A stretch of 27,186 nucleotides of DNA from a virus (taxonomy: Duplodnaviria; Caudoviricetes). The stretch lies in IMG/VR virus record IMGVR_UViG_3300017761_003367, positions 1-27,186 of that record; one strand, 5' to 3'. Positions 26,626 to 27,186 of this stretch are shown piece by piece (position 1 is the stretch's first letter; each line of letters begins with the position of its first letter). The position numbers and the translations under genes were made by a program. Under the pieces are notes generated by a model. That model made no database searches. It worked only from the letters and a program-made list of their open reading frames with translations, and had not been told where the DNA came from.

Positions 26626-27186
26626 ATGCCAACTTCAGTAAATACAGGATATATAGCTTATTCAAATCTAGAAGAATATTTTCTAGATAATGGACAAAGC
26701 ACTGGTAATATTGTGTTTAATTTATCTAATAATCCTAACTATGTAGCACCATATTATGATCCTACACAGTGTCCATTACCATCACCAACACCAAGTATAA
26801 CACCTACAACAACACCTAGTTCTCCATCATCATTTGATGTTAATGTATATGCTAAATTTTCTTCTAATACCACTACCCCAACAACAGCTAGTGTGTATTA
26901 TACAACAGGTAGTGGAGGAAAAGGACCTTATACTTTATTAGGTAATATATCAAATGATACTTGCACTCAATTCTCTACAAATCTTACTATAGGAAGTACA
27001 GTTTATGTAGGTATATTAAGTGGATCTCAAGAAGTACCTTTTGCAGCAACTAACATTGCTTCCTGCCCAGCTCCAGGAATAACTAGTTATTGTGGTACAT
27101 CATCAATGTATTCTCAAGTATTAGGAGTTGGAGTTTTAGATATATCTATATCAGCTAAAGTAACAGGAAATATTTTACAATTATGT
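26626..27186 (+). CDS. Partial CDS (runs off the window): Cys-containing, P/S/T-linker virion protein
   Basis: Hand-translated open frame MPTSVNTGYIAYSNLEEYFLDNGQSTG...DPTQCPLPSPTPSITPTTTPS...VTGNILQLC, 187 codons with no stop. Confidence 0.85.
   Translation, partial: MPTSVNTGYIAYSNLEEYFLDNGQSTGNIVFNLSNNPNYVAPYYDPTQCPLPSPTPSITPTTTPSSPSSFDVNVYAKFSSNTTTPTTASVYYTTGSGGKGPYTLLGNISNDTCTQFSTNLTIGSTVYVGILSGSQEVPFAATNIASCPAPGITSYCGTSSMYSQVLGVGVLDISISAKVTGNILQLC

Larger units (their letters stand above)
1..27186 (+). mobile_element. Segment of a large myovirus-like bacteriophage genome, probable Bacteroidota host
   Basis: Single-strand gene orientation, gp25/gp6-like baseplate genes, gp55-like sigma factor, dense small hypothetical ORFs, no cellular housekeeping genes. 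A-rich SD-less leaders and TAnnTTT promoter boxes are typical of Bacteroidota. Confidence 0.93.

Noticed and set aside
1-27186. Alternative genetic code (TAG/TGA reassignment)
   Set aside because: Long genes are uninterrupted in the standard code, and TAG (1093, 2113) and TGA (325, 7453, 8428) act as real stops followed by new starts or promoters.
1-27186. tRNA/rRNA genes
   Set aside because: No intergenic gap shows a cloverleaf or T-loop (GTTCRA) in a suitable context; coding density leaves little room.

Overview
AT-rich (roughly 27-28% GC by eye) segment of a large tailed dsDNA phage with a contractile-tail (myovirus-type) baseplate module. The host is probably in the Bacteroidota, based on TAnnTTT(G/A)-type promoter boxes and A-rich leaders without Shine-Dalgarno sites. 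All credible genes lie on the + strand and use the standard code. (i) 1-7950 is an early/accessory region with many small ORFs and micro-ORFs, a minimal RadA/Sms-type ATPase carrying an N-terminal AT-hook-like motif, a three-gene module (unknown protein, HExxH metallopeptidase-vWA, MoxR-type AAA+ ATPase) and a T5orf172 protein. Eight copies of an exactly spaced element, TGACC-N13-TAWHTTTR, punctuate 622-5921. (ii) 8050-10810 holds a glutaredoxin-like protein, an HD hydrolase, a membrane protein, a gp55-like late sigma factor and a possible small terminase. (iii) 10807-27186 is a late virion/baseplate operon: a gp5-like spike apparently split over three genes carrying SleB-like hydrolase and C39 peptidase cargo, gp25- and gp6-like wedges, a DNRLRE-like protein, a 1649-aa LamG-containing protein, collar-like proteins and Pro/Ser/Thr-repeat proteins. 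Most late intergenic gaps carry ATATTTATA. All family assignments come from motif recognition by eye; no database searches were run.
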